A stretch of DNA of 64,000 nt, from positions 730,246-794,245 of the forward strand of contig JAQGDQ010000055.1 of the NCBI GenBank assembly GCA_030141605.1, given 5' to 3'. The DNA comes from Tubiluchus corallicola (Eukaryota > Animalia > Priapulida). Positions 15,101-27,744 of the stretch are shown in pieces (position 1 is the first letter of the stretch; each line of letters opens with the position of its first letter). Under the pieces are notes generated by a model. It saw nothing but the letters and a program-made list of their open reading frames with translations. It had not been told where the DNA came from and made no database searches. Position numbers and translations under genes: made by a program.

Positions 15101-18100
15101 GCGTCACGTGCAGTGGTTATACCGGCAGATGCTTGGCAGCTGCATTGCTGACATCACACATGCAAGCAGCCTTCTCTCGAAAAATAGAAGGCCTTCGCAA
15201 GCAGTCGCAAACACGCGTTCCAGCGGCCTAATAGCTTGAAAGCAAGTATTTATATTTTAGGTGTAACTAGCCGCGCAAGTGAATCGCTAATGCAGATGTA
15301 TCATTAGCTTTACACTATTCTGCCTTAACATTCAGTAATAATACTGTGCTGTTATTGTAAAACAGATTTTTCATGTTTTTAAAATTCCATCCATCAACAG
15401 TGAATGTTGAAATGTTTAGGCAGAACAGTCAGAACAACTTGGTAGTAAGTTTGAATTGTTGTCACAATGGGACCTGTGATCAAGTGGAAACAGTTATAGG
15501 TATTGTTTGTGATCTACATGACTATAATCATTTTGGAATTACTGCTGAGTGCCCATCCCTAGTTGTTTTTTAATTTTTTATTAGTGTTGATGGTATTTCA
15601 TACAAATTGGTGCCTTCAGCAATTTGTTTTGTGACTTTTGAGTTATGCCTTTCCCATGATATTCTGCATTAACTGGAGGGCTCCATCATCTTTCACATAT
15701 TATTTAGGCTACAGCGGTATTGCTGCTGGTCCTGTGCTGCTATTGTGATCAGCAATATTAAAATAGAAAAGCTTCTTTTTAGAGCCATATTCATGATAAC
15801 CATGTCAATTCTTAGTATTCTACATGGGGGACTCTAGATTTAGACAGGCCGCCATGTTTTTTATGGCATGTAAAATTGTTGAACCTAATGATCTGCAAAA
15901 CAGCTTTTTTCCGGCTCATATGCTCTTCGGGGAGCATTCTATTACAAAACAGACTGGGAAAAAAGCACAAGTTTGGTCGAATCCTGTTGCTGAAACATGA
16001 ATTTTTCAAGCCTTTTAGAGTTTGCTGTGTAAATAAGTCTAAAATGTTTGTATTACATTTTCTTTGGTAGTTTGTGATGTTTATTACTTCTTTTTCTTTC
16101 TTAGCTGAAAAATACAAGAGATCTTTGATGGCAGAACGCCAGAAAAAGCTTCATCGCAGATACATTTTTAATCCAGAGTCAAAACTTGTGAGATACACTA
16201 ATGTGATCAATTTCTTTGTTACATTGATTGCTTGCATTTTAACAGCGTATCAGGTAAGTACTTTACATGTAGTGCTCCTAAGCACGTAGGTAATGGTGAA
16301 GAAAGCAACATTGCTTTTGAATACACACATTTTTGATGTAATTGTGTACAATGTACATCTTTGCCAGTTAATTGCTAATTGTACATCTCTTTGGTTTTTA
16401 AATTCCATAAGCAGAAAATATGCTGCAACTGCCCAGGATTATCATTCTAAAACTATAATTAAAGTACAGTAAGTCCTTGCTTAATGACGTTAATGCATTC
16501 CAGCAAAACACGACGTTAAGCAAAATGTCGTTAAACGAAACCAACATTTCCGTAGAAAGTAACGTAAAAGAATTAAGATGCGTTCCAGAGGCAAAAATCA
16601 ATGCTGCTCTAAATTATATAAATTAAATGTTCTATGAGTTTTACTCATATTTCTACTAATTAATTTCTTACTGCTTGCTTGAAACCACCGATCTTTCTTA
16701 CCAATTTTTAGCGGTTAAATTCAGCAGTTAAACACTGCATAGTGAAAGCCAAGCCCTGGGGCGACCTTGAGCCATATAAATTGCGAATAGATTGTATTAA
16801 TTATTTATGCTCGATACAAACGGCTAGCACTTAGTAGTCAATCGGGAAGCAAAAACATATAATAATTGCACTGTTTTACACTACTAGTGCATTTTTAGAC
16901 TAGAATAATGTTTATATGCTTCACATATGCTAAAAATTTACTTTGAGGAAAGTAAAAAAATGTCATTAAATTGAAATGTGCGTCATTAAGTGAGGAAAAG
17001 GTGTCAAATGTTCAGCTTCGTTAAAACGAAACATAGCTAAGCAGAGAGTCGCTAAGCTAGGACTTACTGTACCATCATAATTATAAATGGTCAACCTTTT
17101 TGTGATTCGAATAACACTTCTGCAATATATTTTACTAGGTGCGGTAACAGAGATGGTGAAGTAGTCCTGCTTGGCTCTTAGACTCAAATTTAAACTGAAA
17201 ACACATTAACAGCTGCTTAATGAATAACTAAGCATGGTTAATAAAGTTTTTTGTAAATGACATCTTTCAGTTTTCATTTTTTTCAGGCGGCACTGCAAGA
17301 TCACATGCTGTTTGTGTATATTGTCAATTATGTTTGTGAGATTCTCATTTTCTTGAAGGTAATCACTGACAGGTTTAGTTGTACTATCTGTGACACATAC
17401 AAGGATTGTTTGTTAAAGTTTGTTTGTCGTTTGCTAAAGAAAAATGTTATTCTTTATTGTAGTAATAGCAAGTTTCATTGAGGACTGAACTCTTTGAACT
17501 CAATAGTCATCTTTTGGAATTGTATTTAAATTTATTTTGCCAACATACCAGGTATTTCTGTTATACACACTTGGCAATATCAGGATGCAAACAATTCTAT
17601 TGATTTTGTCATTATATGTGACAGCATGGATTTGAGCAAAACCAGATAGAAAATTTTGTTCTCGCATCTAACCTGAATGTCAGTCTTATGCATTTCGGAT
17701 GCTATGACTATTTGATTGCAGCAGTAAAGTAGTTCTCTCAGAACCATACTATGAAACTGCTAATTGTATAAAGTAGATGCAAAATTCGATGAGATACTGT
17801 CAGTTTTCCGGATATTTATCTATACATTTATTTATTTTTTGAAGTAGAGAGCTAAGAAGTTTGGAATAAGTAATATTGAGCAGTTTTTGTAGTTTAAACA
17901 CTGTACTGCAGGACATTGTAAAATATAAGTTGTACAATATTTTATAGGTGCTACTGAAAAATCGAACTGGAACCTATGATGACGACGGTGACTTAATAAC
18001 CAAGTATAAGGCACAGAAGAGAGAGTATGAGAAGAATCGCAAGTACATGATAGTAGAATACATTGCCTTGGCTCCGATCGATATCTTGGCGATGCTCATT

Positions 18101-21100
18101 CCACCAAGTGGGAGCTTGAGAATTCTCACCTATTTACGGCTTATCCATCTCATCAGAACGCCTATTCTTATGCAGTTCTTCAGAACGTGGGAGGGAGAAA
18201 TGAGCTCCAAGTACGTAAGTGAAAATGTTGGATTCACACCGACATTTTTATGGTCTTAATAACATCTGGCTTATTTTCAGACGGCATATAATTCGCCACA
18301 TATTATTAACAGAATTCGAACAAGATGTGCAAGTGTCTGCTTTGTGTACATTATTAACTTGTAATTTTCTTTTATAAAACAAAGACAACATTTATTGACC
18401 GACGGTCATTTAGCAGACAACAGTAGTACAGCAACTACTTTGTGACTTACATTGCAACAAACAAAACAACACCACAACCAAAACCCACAAAAACAAAGAC
18501 AACATTTATTGACCGACGGTCATTTAGCAGACAACAGTAGTACAGCAACTACTTTGTGACTTACATTGGCAACAATACAGGTAAGGATGCATGACATCTG
18601 GCTTATTTTCAGACGGCATATAATTCGCCACATATTAGCAGAATTCAAACAAGATGTGCAAGTGTCTGCTTTGTGTACATTATTAACTTGTAGTTTTCTT
18701 TTATAAAAACAAAGACAACATTTATTGACCGACGGTCATTTAGCAGACAACAGTAGTACAGCAACTACTTTGTGACTTACATTGGCAACAATACAGGTAA
18801 GGATGCATGACATCTGGCTTATTTTCAGACGGCATATAATTCGCCACATATTATTAGCAGAATTCAAACAAGATGTGCAAGTGTCTGCTTTGTGTACATT
18901 ATTAACTTGTAGTTTTCTTTTATAAAAACAAAGACAACATTTATTGACCGACGGTCATTTAGCAGACAACAGTAGTACAGCAACTACTTTGTGACTTACA
19001 CTGACAACAATACAGGTAAGGATGCATAACAGGCAATAACGAATAACATGTAGGCCATGTGTCCTGGTGTTGGTAGCCATTCCTTGCAGCCTTCAGTCTA
19101 GACCTCTCTGCCACCCAAATCCAGAACAGGATATTTCCCGTATTAAGCATCTGATCAAGTTTTGAATCATGCAAGTTTATCCTTTTATATCAAATTTAAA
19201 TCCACAGATATGTATCTCCAATACTGTAAAATAGTTAACATCTGTTAGTTAAACTAACACTGTTTATTTTACAGCTTGTTTCGTGTGAGGCTATATAAAT
19301 ACATAACACTGGTCATCATTTCATCTCATTTTGTGGCTTGCATTTGGTATGTGATTGGTTGCCCCAATGGAATGGACTCATGCATAAATAGCCGATGGCT
19401 AGTCAGATCTGGTTGTAAGTATATGTAACAGTTGAATGATCATTCTATGTTTGGAAGTTCATGCTTATACAATTTATGACTGGGGTGGTGGTAAAGCTCA
19501 ATGGTGGCGTATTTGCTTTCCACCTGGGAAGTCACGAGTTCAATTCCCGATTGAGTCATACCAATGATTTAAAAACTGGTACCACGGGTTATTTGGATAA
19601 ACAGACGGGTTTATCAAAGTAACTTGCGGGTAATAATATAATATACTTGAAACCACCACGGAAATGAGTATTAAGTTACTTTAAGTGCCATCTCTAGACT
19701 AAGTCCTAAACAAAATTATTATTGTCATCATCACCATCATCATCATCATCGTCGTGTGATTTTGGCGTGGGGTTGAAAAATGCATACTTGAATAAAATAT
19801 TTCCGTATTTAACATGTTTTCAAAAATTTGTTATGTTGTGTCATGTGCCATGCTATGCTACAACTAGAACAGCTTGTGGATTGGTTTATGACTGCAAATT
19901 GCAACCCCACATTCATCTTTTTAGCCTTCAGTGACATGTGTCTCTTTAACCATGTTTTCCACTGCTTTCATTTGGCAAAGTTTTGAGACTCGGTGACAGA
20001 AAATTCAGCCAAAGTAGCAGACCGTCTACAAACCACTACAAATAGTAGTTGGTAAGGCAAGTATCTGTCTGTATCTATTAATTATTTACCTTTCTCTACA
20101 ATTAAGTTCTTTTTTTCTAGTATCACACCTGAAACCGATTGAGGCGTACATGTACAGTTTATCCTGGGCTGTTTCTTCACTAACCTCTACTGGCATTGGA
20201 AGCTTACATGCACATTCTCCAGGAGAAATGTGTAGGTCCTGTATTGTTGATTCAACCATTTAAATGACAACTAAAGTAAGAGAGTTATTGTTTCACTTCC
20301 ATGCTGTATGAGTTAACTTGTGTTGTCTTGCTGACTCATTTGTATGGAGAACTTGGTACACGTGCTTTGCTGTTTGTGTAAGCCAAGTCAATGCAGTATA
20401 CAAAACCTCTAATCCCTTAGTTGAATGGTGAGTATTAAACCAAAAATAATTAATACCGTTAATGTCGTACATTTTAATCATGGATTTTATAATGTTAGTT
20501 TTAATTAGTTACCTGTTTTATTCATGAACAAACAAGAATACAAGAAGTGTCTGTTCTCCACAGCTTTACAAGTATGGCATATGCTGCTGCCAAACATTTA
20601 GACTTTAAAGTGATAGCCGAGATGCTCGCGGTCAGTGACAAAAATTAAAACACAAGAAAACCCTCTGCTTACATGAAACTGAAAAAATTCATCTTTAAAT
20701 TTTGTACCACTTACCTATTGCCTTTTTGCATGCAGGGCTTGCATCGGCAGCAATGCTGTATAAAACTTGTAAGTTTAAACTCCTGCGATGACCATTAGGT
20801 GCAGCCATTTTAATGGTAAATCTTTTGAAACAAGTTTAGATAACATTGTGTGAAGTTTGAGAAAATAATCAGAGCATTCGTAGCGCACATGTTACTAACT
20901 AAGCAAAATTTTATATTACTGTACCTTGTCAATAAGATTAAAAATAAGTTTTTGGTTAGCGAGTGGAGGGTGAACCAGCATTTTACCAATTGGTACGAAC
21001 ATTTTAAATTATTACTTCTAGTTACATAAGTCTTTCCAGCAGGTAAGCGCAAAGCTAAGTAATATGGATTTGCATGGAAAGATATTTGGGACATAATTTA

Positions 21101-24100
21101 ATTTTGTCTTTTCTTCCCCTGATTTGAGTTTGTATAATGACGTCATGTAATGGCGCTGTCGGAACAGTATTGCGGAAGATTTAAAACGATTAAAACAAAA
21201 ATTTCTTTCAACTCGAGTACGTTATATGCATAAAATTGCTGTAAAGTAATATAATTTTTAAGGCGATTTTTCTGAAACCTACATCAGGTATCCCTAGCTT
21301 TTCTTGTCATTTAAGCAACACAGAGCCTGCGTACTAAGTGAATGAATGAGTGCATATAAAATGGCCTTTGGGTAGTTTCACCTGTCCTACAGTGTTTTCT
21401 CCTTGACGATGGATGACCAGTGCCGCACTTGGCGAAGATTCGTCCATATAATTTAGTGCCTCGGCTTAGATTATCAATCTTGATAATGAGTTAAGTTCCA
21501 GTCCTGCCACAAGTAAGCCATACTGCTGATTTCCTCTTTCTGAGGAGTACCAAACTGCGTAAAAAAATGTTCCACATTTAAGACACGATGTAGTAAACTC
21601 AAGGTGCAAGTGCAGTAATATTTAAAACATTTTGGAATTGGTCAGATGTCCTGTGAAAGCTAGTTGTGTTACTTTTATTTTCAGTTTATGCCAGCATTAT
21701 TATGATAGCCGGTAAACTGATGTTTGCTTACATTTTGGGACATATTGCGTCAACTTTAGCCAATATGGCAGTGGTACGCATGAGATTTAACCACCGAGTA
21801 AAAACAGTTAAGGTTGGTTCATTTTGTTTACTATATTTCATGAAAGCACTAGTTAACACTGAGAAGATTAATTATGGTATACTATGTGCCACAATGGGCT
21901 GACAACTTATGTCCAGCTAAAACATGCATGCAAGCAAGCACACATAGCTGTATAAGCAAATACCTATACACAGCAAGGTGCTACTAAAGGTAAAAAAAGG
22001 CTGCATCAGTGAAATTCATTCAGTAAATACTGGTAAATAAACAAGATCTAGCCTACACGGGTGTATGCAAATGGGACAAACAGCTGTGATGATTGCAAAA
22101 AAACTCAAAAAACTAAGTAGGTGCACCAGGATACGGGCTACAATACAATTTCTTCAGAAAAAGTTAATTCTGTTGTGAATATTTAAACTGACTGACTGGA
22201 TCTTGTTGATTAATCATTGCGTTTCTAAATTTACTTGTTTAAGAATCATTGCATTAAGTAAAATTGACTTCATAAAATTTCGTATAAGTTCTGATACATT
22301 TGAGATCGAAGCTGGCTGGCATCCACGAACCGCAAAAATCTCCACTCCTGAAAGACTCCTGAAAGCAAACAATGTCATGGAAATAATGCTATGATATGCA
22401 CTAAACCAGTGGTGCACAACTTGTTTCTGCCCCAATGACACTCCAATGATGTCGCAAAATCTCATTTTGCCCCAAATGCAGTGTGCAAAAATAATGCCAG
22501 CCGTCCCGGAAATTCCGGTAAAATGGATAATTATGCCCAAGGACCAGCAGAAATCGTCTGCACACCAGACCAGTGCACATTACATAGAATTGCAATATTT
22601 ACTACATACTTTCAATTAATCAGGTTGTCTAAGAAGCATCTAAATGCGAAATCACAAAAACTTTCTCTTGTGTGTTACTACAAGGATGCCACCATGTTAA
22701 TGACATTGTACATGTGCTAGTGAAAAATATAAGTTTTTAATTGGATTTGACTGAAATGCTCTTCTTGACTTGCCTAATTAATGTTACATTTTTAAAAAAT
22801 ATATTTGCATATTATTTTCATGTTCTGTATCTATACACTTATAGCTAATGAAAATTAATTTATCTAATGCTAAATCTTGATACCTGACGTGTAAATGTTA
22901 TTTACTTAATAATGCGGGTACTATACATCACATTTGGTGTTGCTATAATAACTGCAATTCATAATGCTTTTCTGTGTATGATAATCTGATAGTTCAAATG
23001 TTGTCCCATAATCCTAAAATTGTTGTAACAAATAAATTAGAAATTGTAAATTACTGTACTAATTTCTAAGTTAAATGTGTTTAAACGAGGTAGTTCACAC
23101 ATAAATACAAAAAAAGCTTTTTTCTTAGTATGTAAAACGTTATATTAGCGTAAAGAGCTGTGTCTTGCAGTGCACAGCTTATGCAGAGGCATGTTAGATT
23201 AAGAATAACACAGCCTGAGAAAGTGCAGATTTTCAGTTTACACTTATATGTAACTTCATTAATGGTTTAGCATTTGAATTTCTAAACAATTCTGTGCTCT
23301 GTTGTTAGAGCTATCTCCGGGAGTTGTCCTTCTCATCAAATTTACGCCATCAAGTGATGAAGTACATCAGTTTTCTGTGGGACTACGATCGGGGCATTGA
23401 TGTGAAAAGGATCATCAATGAGCTACCTTTTTGCCTGCAAGTTGACATACAGATGAGTCTTTGTGGTGATGTATTTTCAAAGGTGTGTTTTGCTTAACGT
23501 GTAATTCAGATATCCTCTCTAACTCAGCTAACTCTATCTAATTTACTTAATAAAGACCAACACATGTTTGACATGCTCTTAATTTGATGTATGGTATGTA
23601 TCACTTTCATTTTTTTTCACTTTATTTCCCCTCCCCTTTTTCATCTTTCATCATCTTTTCGGCTGTACACATTATAAATGGTCACAATAACATTTTGTAA
23701 TTTCTGTGTAACTTAATGCTTTTTATGTTTTCTAATGACCTCATCCAAAGAGATGTTTTCATCACTATTGTTAATACGATTACGCAAACGTTATTTTACC
23801 AATTTATCATTTACTACGTTTACCATTTTTGATGCATTTACCTCTCCAACAGTGTATGATTTTTAACTATCACTGATTGAGCATCTTAATATGTTGTTAT
23901 GATTCTCAATATATTGTGGGAAATAAAGATGTTACTACTACTACTACTAATTAGAATGCTTTTCTAGAGTAGTGGTATGGTACAAGAATGCTTTCAGTTT
24001 TGCTAGTGACCGATTAAGAATTGCAAAAGAAAAACAATTTTTGTTGATTAAATATAGACTTGTACTGGAAAATTCTTGTGACATCAGAACAACTGGTGAA

Positions 24101-25589
24101 TTAAGAAGATAAGCAGTTGTCTAATTTAGTAAATCACACTCAGCAGTTCGGTAGCCTTGCCAGAGGTTTGCACCCTACTGAGTGCCATCCTTGTTTTGTT
24201 CTATAACCTTAAATATATATCAGACTGCATTTTAATCATTTCATTTATTAAGCAATCGAGATGTATGTGTGATGAGTTACATAAAAAAATACATATGTCT
24301 AACTTTCGTTATATTTCTTTTTTCTTTTTATCTGCCTTTCTCTTCATTCCATTCTGTAAGCCTCCCGGAAAAAATTATGAAAAACAGATTTAGTAATGCT
24401 CAATTGTGTTCGATTAATAATAGCATTTAATAAAGCAGTACCAGAGGACATGTAACAAACTTGCTCATTGGCTGAATTTCACAAAGATGGTCCCCTAAAT
24501 AACGTTTTAAATTCACCAGAAGTACAAGACTAACATAGCTCACACGGGAAAAAGCTGAAAAAGATTTGTTTTGCAGGTGCTGTTGTTTGAGGATGCTGAA
24601 GATAGCTTTTATCGTTTGTTATCACTTAAAGTCATTCAAGTACCGTTCTTACGTGAACAATACATTGTGCACAAGGGCGACATTGGGAGGGAAATGTACT
24701 TCATTCACAAAGGAAAGGTACTTTGTTATCATTCATTGATCCCTTCTTTGTAAGTCTAGCATATTAGAGAGTGAGTAGTTGTGATTATACTTTACTGCAA
24801 TAATAAGTAATACCAGACTTGATAAATAAGTGGATTGGTGATGGTGAGAAAAGCTTAATATGCTATCTTAACGGATCGTTCTTTATGGGTTAGGTCTTGT
24901 ACATTACAACAATCTACATTAAGTAGGCCGTGCCATTCAGTTTGGAACTTATGGAGTGCTGACGGCGGAACAGAAAAGCATCTAATCATTTATTTTATGT
25001 CCATGAGTACATGCTTGATAGTACAATCACTTGCATTTACAAACTTGCAGTTTTTATGGTTATGAAAACCATTATTACCTTGTTTTAGGGGCCAAAGTCC
25101 TTTTGCAAGCCTTGAATAAATCAAATTGAACCAATTTGTTTAGCCAGCACATTCTAAGTATCAAAATACTGACAGGCTGTTAGCAGTATCTCATTTCCAT
25201 TTCCATTCAATTTACCAATGCTTTAATAAATCTGTTTACAGGTTTTGGTGATAGATGATGAAGAAGATCCAGACAATACAATCATAGCAAAACTGGGTCC
25301 CGGAGAACACTTTGGCGAGGTGGCACTCGTAAGCCAAAGACCTCGCAGGGCGTCCGTGAAAGCAGTAACAGACGTACAACTGTTGATTCTCACAAGGCAA
25401 GATTGTGAAGAAGTGTTCAGGTACTTCCCTCTTGTCAAGAAACAAATGAGTGACATTGCAGAGGAAGAGTACGGCAATCAGGAAGATGACAAAGATGAGG
25501 GTGAGGGAGTAATAAGGTCACCGTCATTCGACGAAGAGTACCACAAATCGTCTACAGACAGCGATTTTGACGAAAACGCGGATGTATAA
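133..25589 (+). CDS. Multi-repeat cyclic nucleotide-gated K+ channel (CNGK/tetraKCNG-like), 5'-partial. 23 exons: 133-249, 2266-2365, 2876-3022, 4526-4801, 5927-6063, 6449-6616, 7469-7756, 7998-8163, 9299-9544, 10350-10511, 13294-13410, 13563-13696, 13881-14040, 14504-14531, 16105-16253, 17287-17358, 17948-18210, 19275-19414, 20121-20231, 21685-21812, 23309-23482, 24577-24717, 25242-25589
   Basis: All exons have AG/GT borders and join in one frame (3772 nt, ~1256 aa). The order is C-linker+CNBD (VPLFQEL..GDLGSEMYCIRRG), then two full 6TM-pore-C-linker-CNBD repeats. Repeat landmarks: ARHYFRTGFWIDFVSVVPFE; YWASSTVMSVGFGD; FFGEIAVLYGTRRNASVRA; SWAVSSLTSTGIGS; HFGEVALVSQRPRRASVKA. It ends in an acidic tail and TAA at 25587-25589. 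Concatenated CNG repeats are the hallmark of CNGK/tetraKCNG. Confidence 0.9.
1059..1625 (+). mobile_element. TTAA-flanked MITE family A (Kolobok-like)
   Basis: ttaa AGGAAGACAGG...GGTTTTGCT ttaa. Homologous copies at 32161-32773 (-) and 36243-36894 (+), partial copies near 41941-42296 and 50977-51185. Confidence 0.75.
3587..4295. mobile_element. piggyBac-like MITE
   Basis: TTAA flanks with TIR CTCCTTCAGGACC / GGTCCTGAAGGAA. Confidence 0.6.
5376..5770. mobile_element. TA-flanked MITE (Tc1/mariner-type)
   Basis: TIR CACTCATACCTCGGTTTGCC / GGCAAACCGAGATATGAGTG with TA flanks. A relative at ~39445-39830 shares the internal tattagactca..tctcaaaaacgtctagtacagg. Confidence 0.7.
8598..9210 (+). mobile_element. 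TTAA-flanked MITE family B
   Basis: Homologous to 20645-21314 (-), 33938-34618 and 50121-50797. Consensus TIR is about AG.ACAAGAAAA / TTTTCTTGT.CT next to TTAA. Confidence 0.7.
10638..11210. mobile_element. hAT-type MITE
   Basis: 8-bp TSD CTAACTTG on both sides, TIR TAGCAGTGGGA / TCCCACCACTA. Confidence 0.75.
11462..12233. mobile_element. pogo/Tigger-like MITE
   Basis: TA flanks with imperfect TIR CAGTAGGTGCCGCTTA / TAAACGGTGCCTACTG. Confidence 0.65.
12539..13086. mobile_element. hAT-type MITE
   Basis: 8-bp TSD ATAAGCAC, TIR CAGTGGCGGCT / AGCCGCCACTA. Confidence 0.78.
16467..17069. mobile_element. pogo/Tigger-like MITE
   Basis: TA flanks with TIR CAGTAAGTCCT.GCTTA / TAAGCTAGGACTTACTG. Partial relatives start at 3031 and lie near 27500-27600. 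Confidence 0.72.
18263..19030. repeat. Intronic ~216-bp tandem repeat (~3.5 copies)
   Basis: catctggcttattttcagacggcat recurs at 18263, 18595 and 18811. Confidence 0.9.
19480..19720 (+). mobile_element. tRNA-derived SINE-like element
   Basis: A-box-like AGCTCAATGG and B-box GAGTTCAATTCC, followed by a non-tRNA body and a simple-repeat tail. Confidence 0.55.
20645..21314 (-). mobile_element. MITE family B copy
   Basis: Reverse complement of family B, ends ttaaaacacaagaaaa / ttttcttgtcatttaa. Confidence 0.7.
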
Positions 25590-25721
25590 TTTTCTGTACG
25601 ACTGACACTTCCAGAAGCTATATGAAATGTTTTTACTGAATAACTATGCTAATTATATAAAACATTGTTACTCGTGTTATTGCGTAAAAGTCTCAACAAG
25701 CAGTAACTTTGCAAGTGCATT

Positions 25722-25727
25722 AATAAA
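25722..25727 (+). terminator. Candidate polyadenylation signal of the channel gene
   Basis: AATAAA 133 nt after the stop codon. Confidence 0.4.
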
Positions 25728-26349
25728 ACCAGACAATGCTCTCCTTTATTAGTTGAAATTTTACTATCATTACTTTGCTTAATTTTACATTAAATTTTTA
25801 TTGTAAACTTTTTTAAAGTGTATTTGACAGTATGTGACACTGAATACGAAAATTTAACGCACAATTCTGTGCTACTACTAAGTCAAAGAAAATTTCATGT
25901 ATGGAGTTTTGTTTACATTTTTAAATTGTGCCTTTTTTCGTATGTACATTTTACATTCTTTTCGATTTTTTTTACATATGTCCCCCATCTTAGTTTGCTC
26001 AGTTAACCTACATGTGATTATAACATGTCAAGTCCAGAAAGATCTCACAAAAAATGAAAAAGCTATTGTTTATTCGTAACGATAGAAACTAAGAAAATTG
26101 TTGTCACCTTCATATTTTATTTTTCTCTGTATTACATGTATATACAATACACATGTATTATTTTTACTAATAAAATAATTATTTATTTATGAGAAATTAC
26201 AGAGAAATTCTTGCTTAAATTCACTCTTGTAATGAATTGGCTTGTTGTAGTTATCAACCACAAACTGATTAATTTTTTTCGGCTTTTGTGACTAGGACTC
26301 CTCCGCTCCTCCCATTGTTGATGTACAATCTGACATGTTAACAAGACTT

Positions 26350-27744
26350 CTACTGCCATAGCAAACTGTAAGAAAAAATATTAAGTTCGTTTTACTTCAG
26401 AAAACCTGAAAATTTGCTTATAGTAACTTGCAATGCGGTCTTACAATATTTAGTGAATAAAAAGTTTTCAGAGGATTATAGCTGCATTCAGTACAGTCTT
26501 TGGGTAATGTCAACTTCAGAAGCAGTTGACTTTTATTCAATGCAGTTTTGCATGCCTGCACTAAATTATACAGTCAAATCTCATTGTAACTGAATCTTTA
26601 CAATGCCAGCCTCGTTTAATGCCCAAATTTTTGGGCAAAGGTCTTTTTGGCGCTCTCTCAACTGTCAACCATTTCCTCGCCCATCCACAAAATTGAATTT
26701 TTGTTTGTATGAAATAAAGTACAATGGGTCTGCGTATTAGCCTTATGCACGCGTTACGGTGTACTAATTAACTGCAGTTAATTAATACCTGCACCTTGTG
26801 TTGGTTTCATTTGAAATTGAATTTATGACCCCATGACATGGTCTTCAGGAGCAATAAAAATTTCTACAGTTTTTGCCACATACTCTTCATATACAAACTC
26901 CTGGCTAGATTTTCATCATCCTTTTTATAAGTGAATTTTTGAAACGTAAACTCCAGATATTTGCGTAACATGTGGTCAGAACGTACAATATGTACGCAGA
27001 ACATTGAGACATTTTAGACTCTATCTAATAATTTGGTCAAATTATTAAACTGCAAAATGGTCAAACTTTGTCAGAAAAGACCTGCATTTAACAAATGTAT
27101 GATCGACACACAAATGGAATTGTAGCACATGAACTTTTCAAGAAAATTTAAAAAGTTTTATCAATTTAAAATCTAATTAAACCTAATTAACATGTCAAAC
27201 CAAATAAAATCTGCAAAACGCATTCACCTGAGAAGCGTAATTTCTGGCATACCCGGATCGGCACCTTTACGAAATCCTGGAAAATGAAAAAAAATCCTGT
27301 CACATTTGCAAGATTACACAAACAAATTTTGTAAAATAGAAGAGACAGATGTTTGTAATTCTAGAAACGCAGTTATAAATGTTTGTGATGTAGTAGTTAA
27401 AATGACATGCTAGTCAGCATAATTGCACACTTGTTTCAAAGTCGACTTTTAGCCGACTGCTGATAAAATAAAAAATGTGTTTGAGCAAAGTAAAAAATCT
27501 TCATTAAAATTGAACTTGTATCGCTAAGTGAAAAAATGTGTCAAATGTTCAGCATTGCTAAAACAAAATGTCGCTAAAAGGGAAAGTCATTAAGCAAGGA
27601 TGTTAACACCAAAGATGACTAAACACTGACACTGACAAGACAAAACTTGCCTAAATACAATATAGTTGGAATAAATCCGTAATGAAAGGCAGTTTTTCCT
27701 ATGTTGATGACCACTTGAAGCCTCTGTTTCATTTCCAGACTCAT
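26350..27744 (-). CDS. TOMM7: Mitochondrial import receptor subunit TOM7. Exons 27744-27651, 27276-27228, 26365-26350 (52 aa)
   Basis: Spliced translation MSLEMKQRLQVVINIGKTAFHYGFIPTILYLGFRKGADPGMPEITLLSLLWQ* carries the Tom7 motif (GFIP..YLGF..GADPGMPE..LSLLW). Intron 1 donor is AG|GCAAGT and intron 2 donor is AG|GTGAAT. Too fragmented for the ORF track. Confidence 0.95.

Noticed and set aside
19480-19560. Possible tRNA gene
   Set aside because: Has A/B boxes but no convincing cloverleaf, and continues into a SINE-like body.
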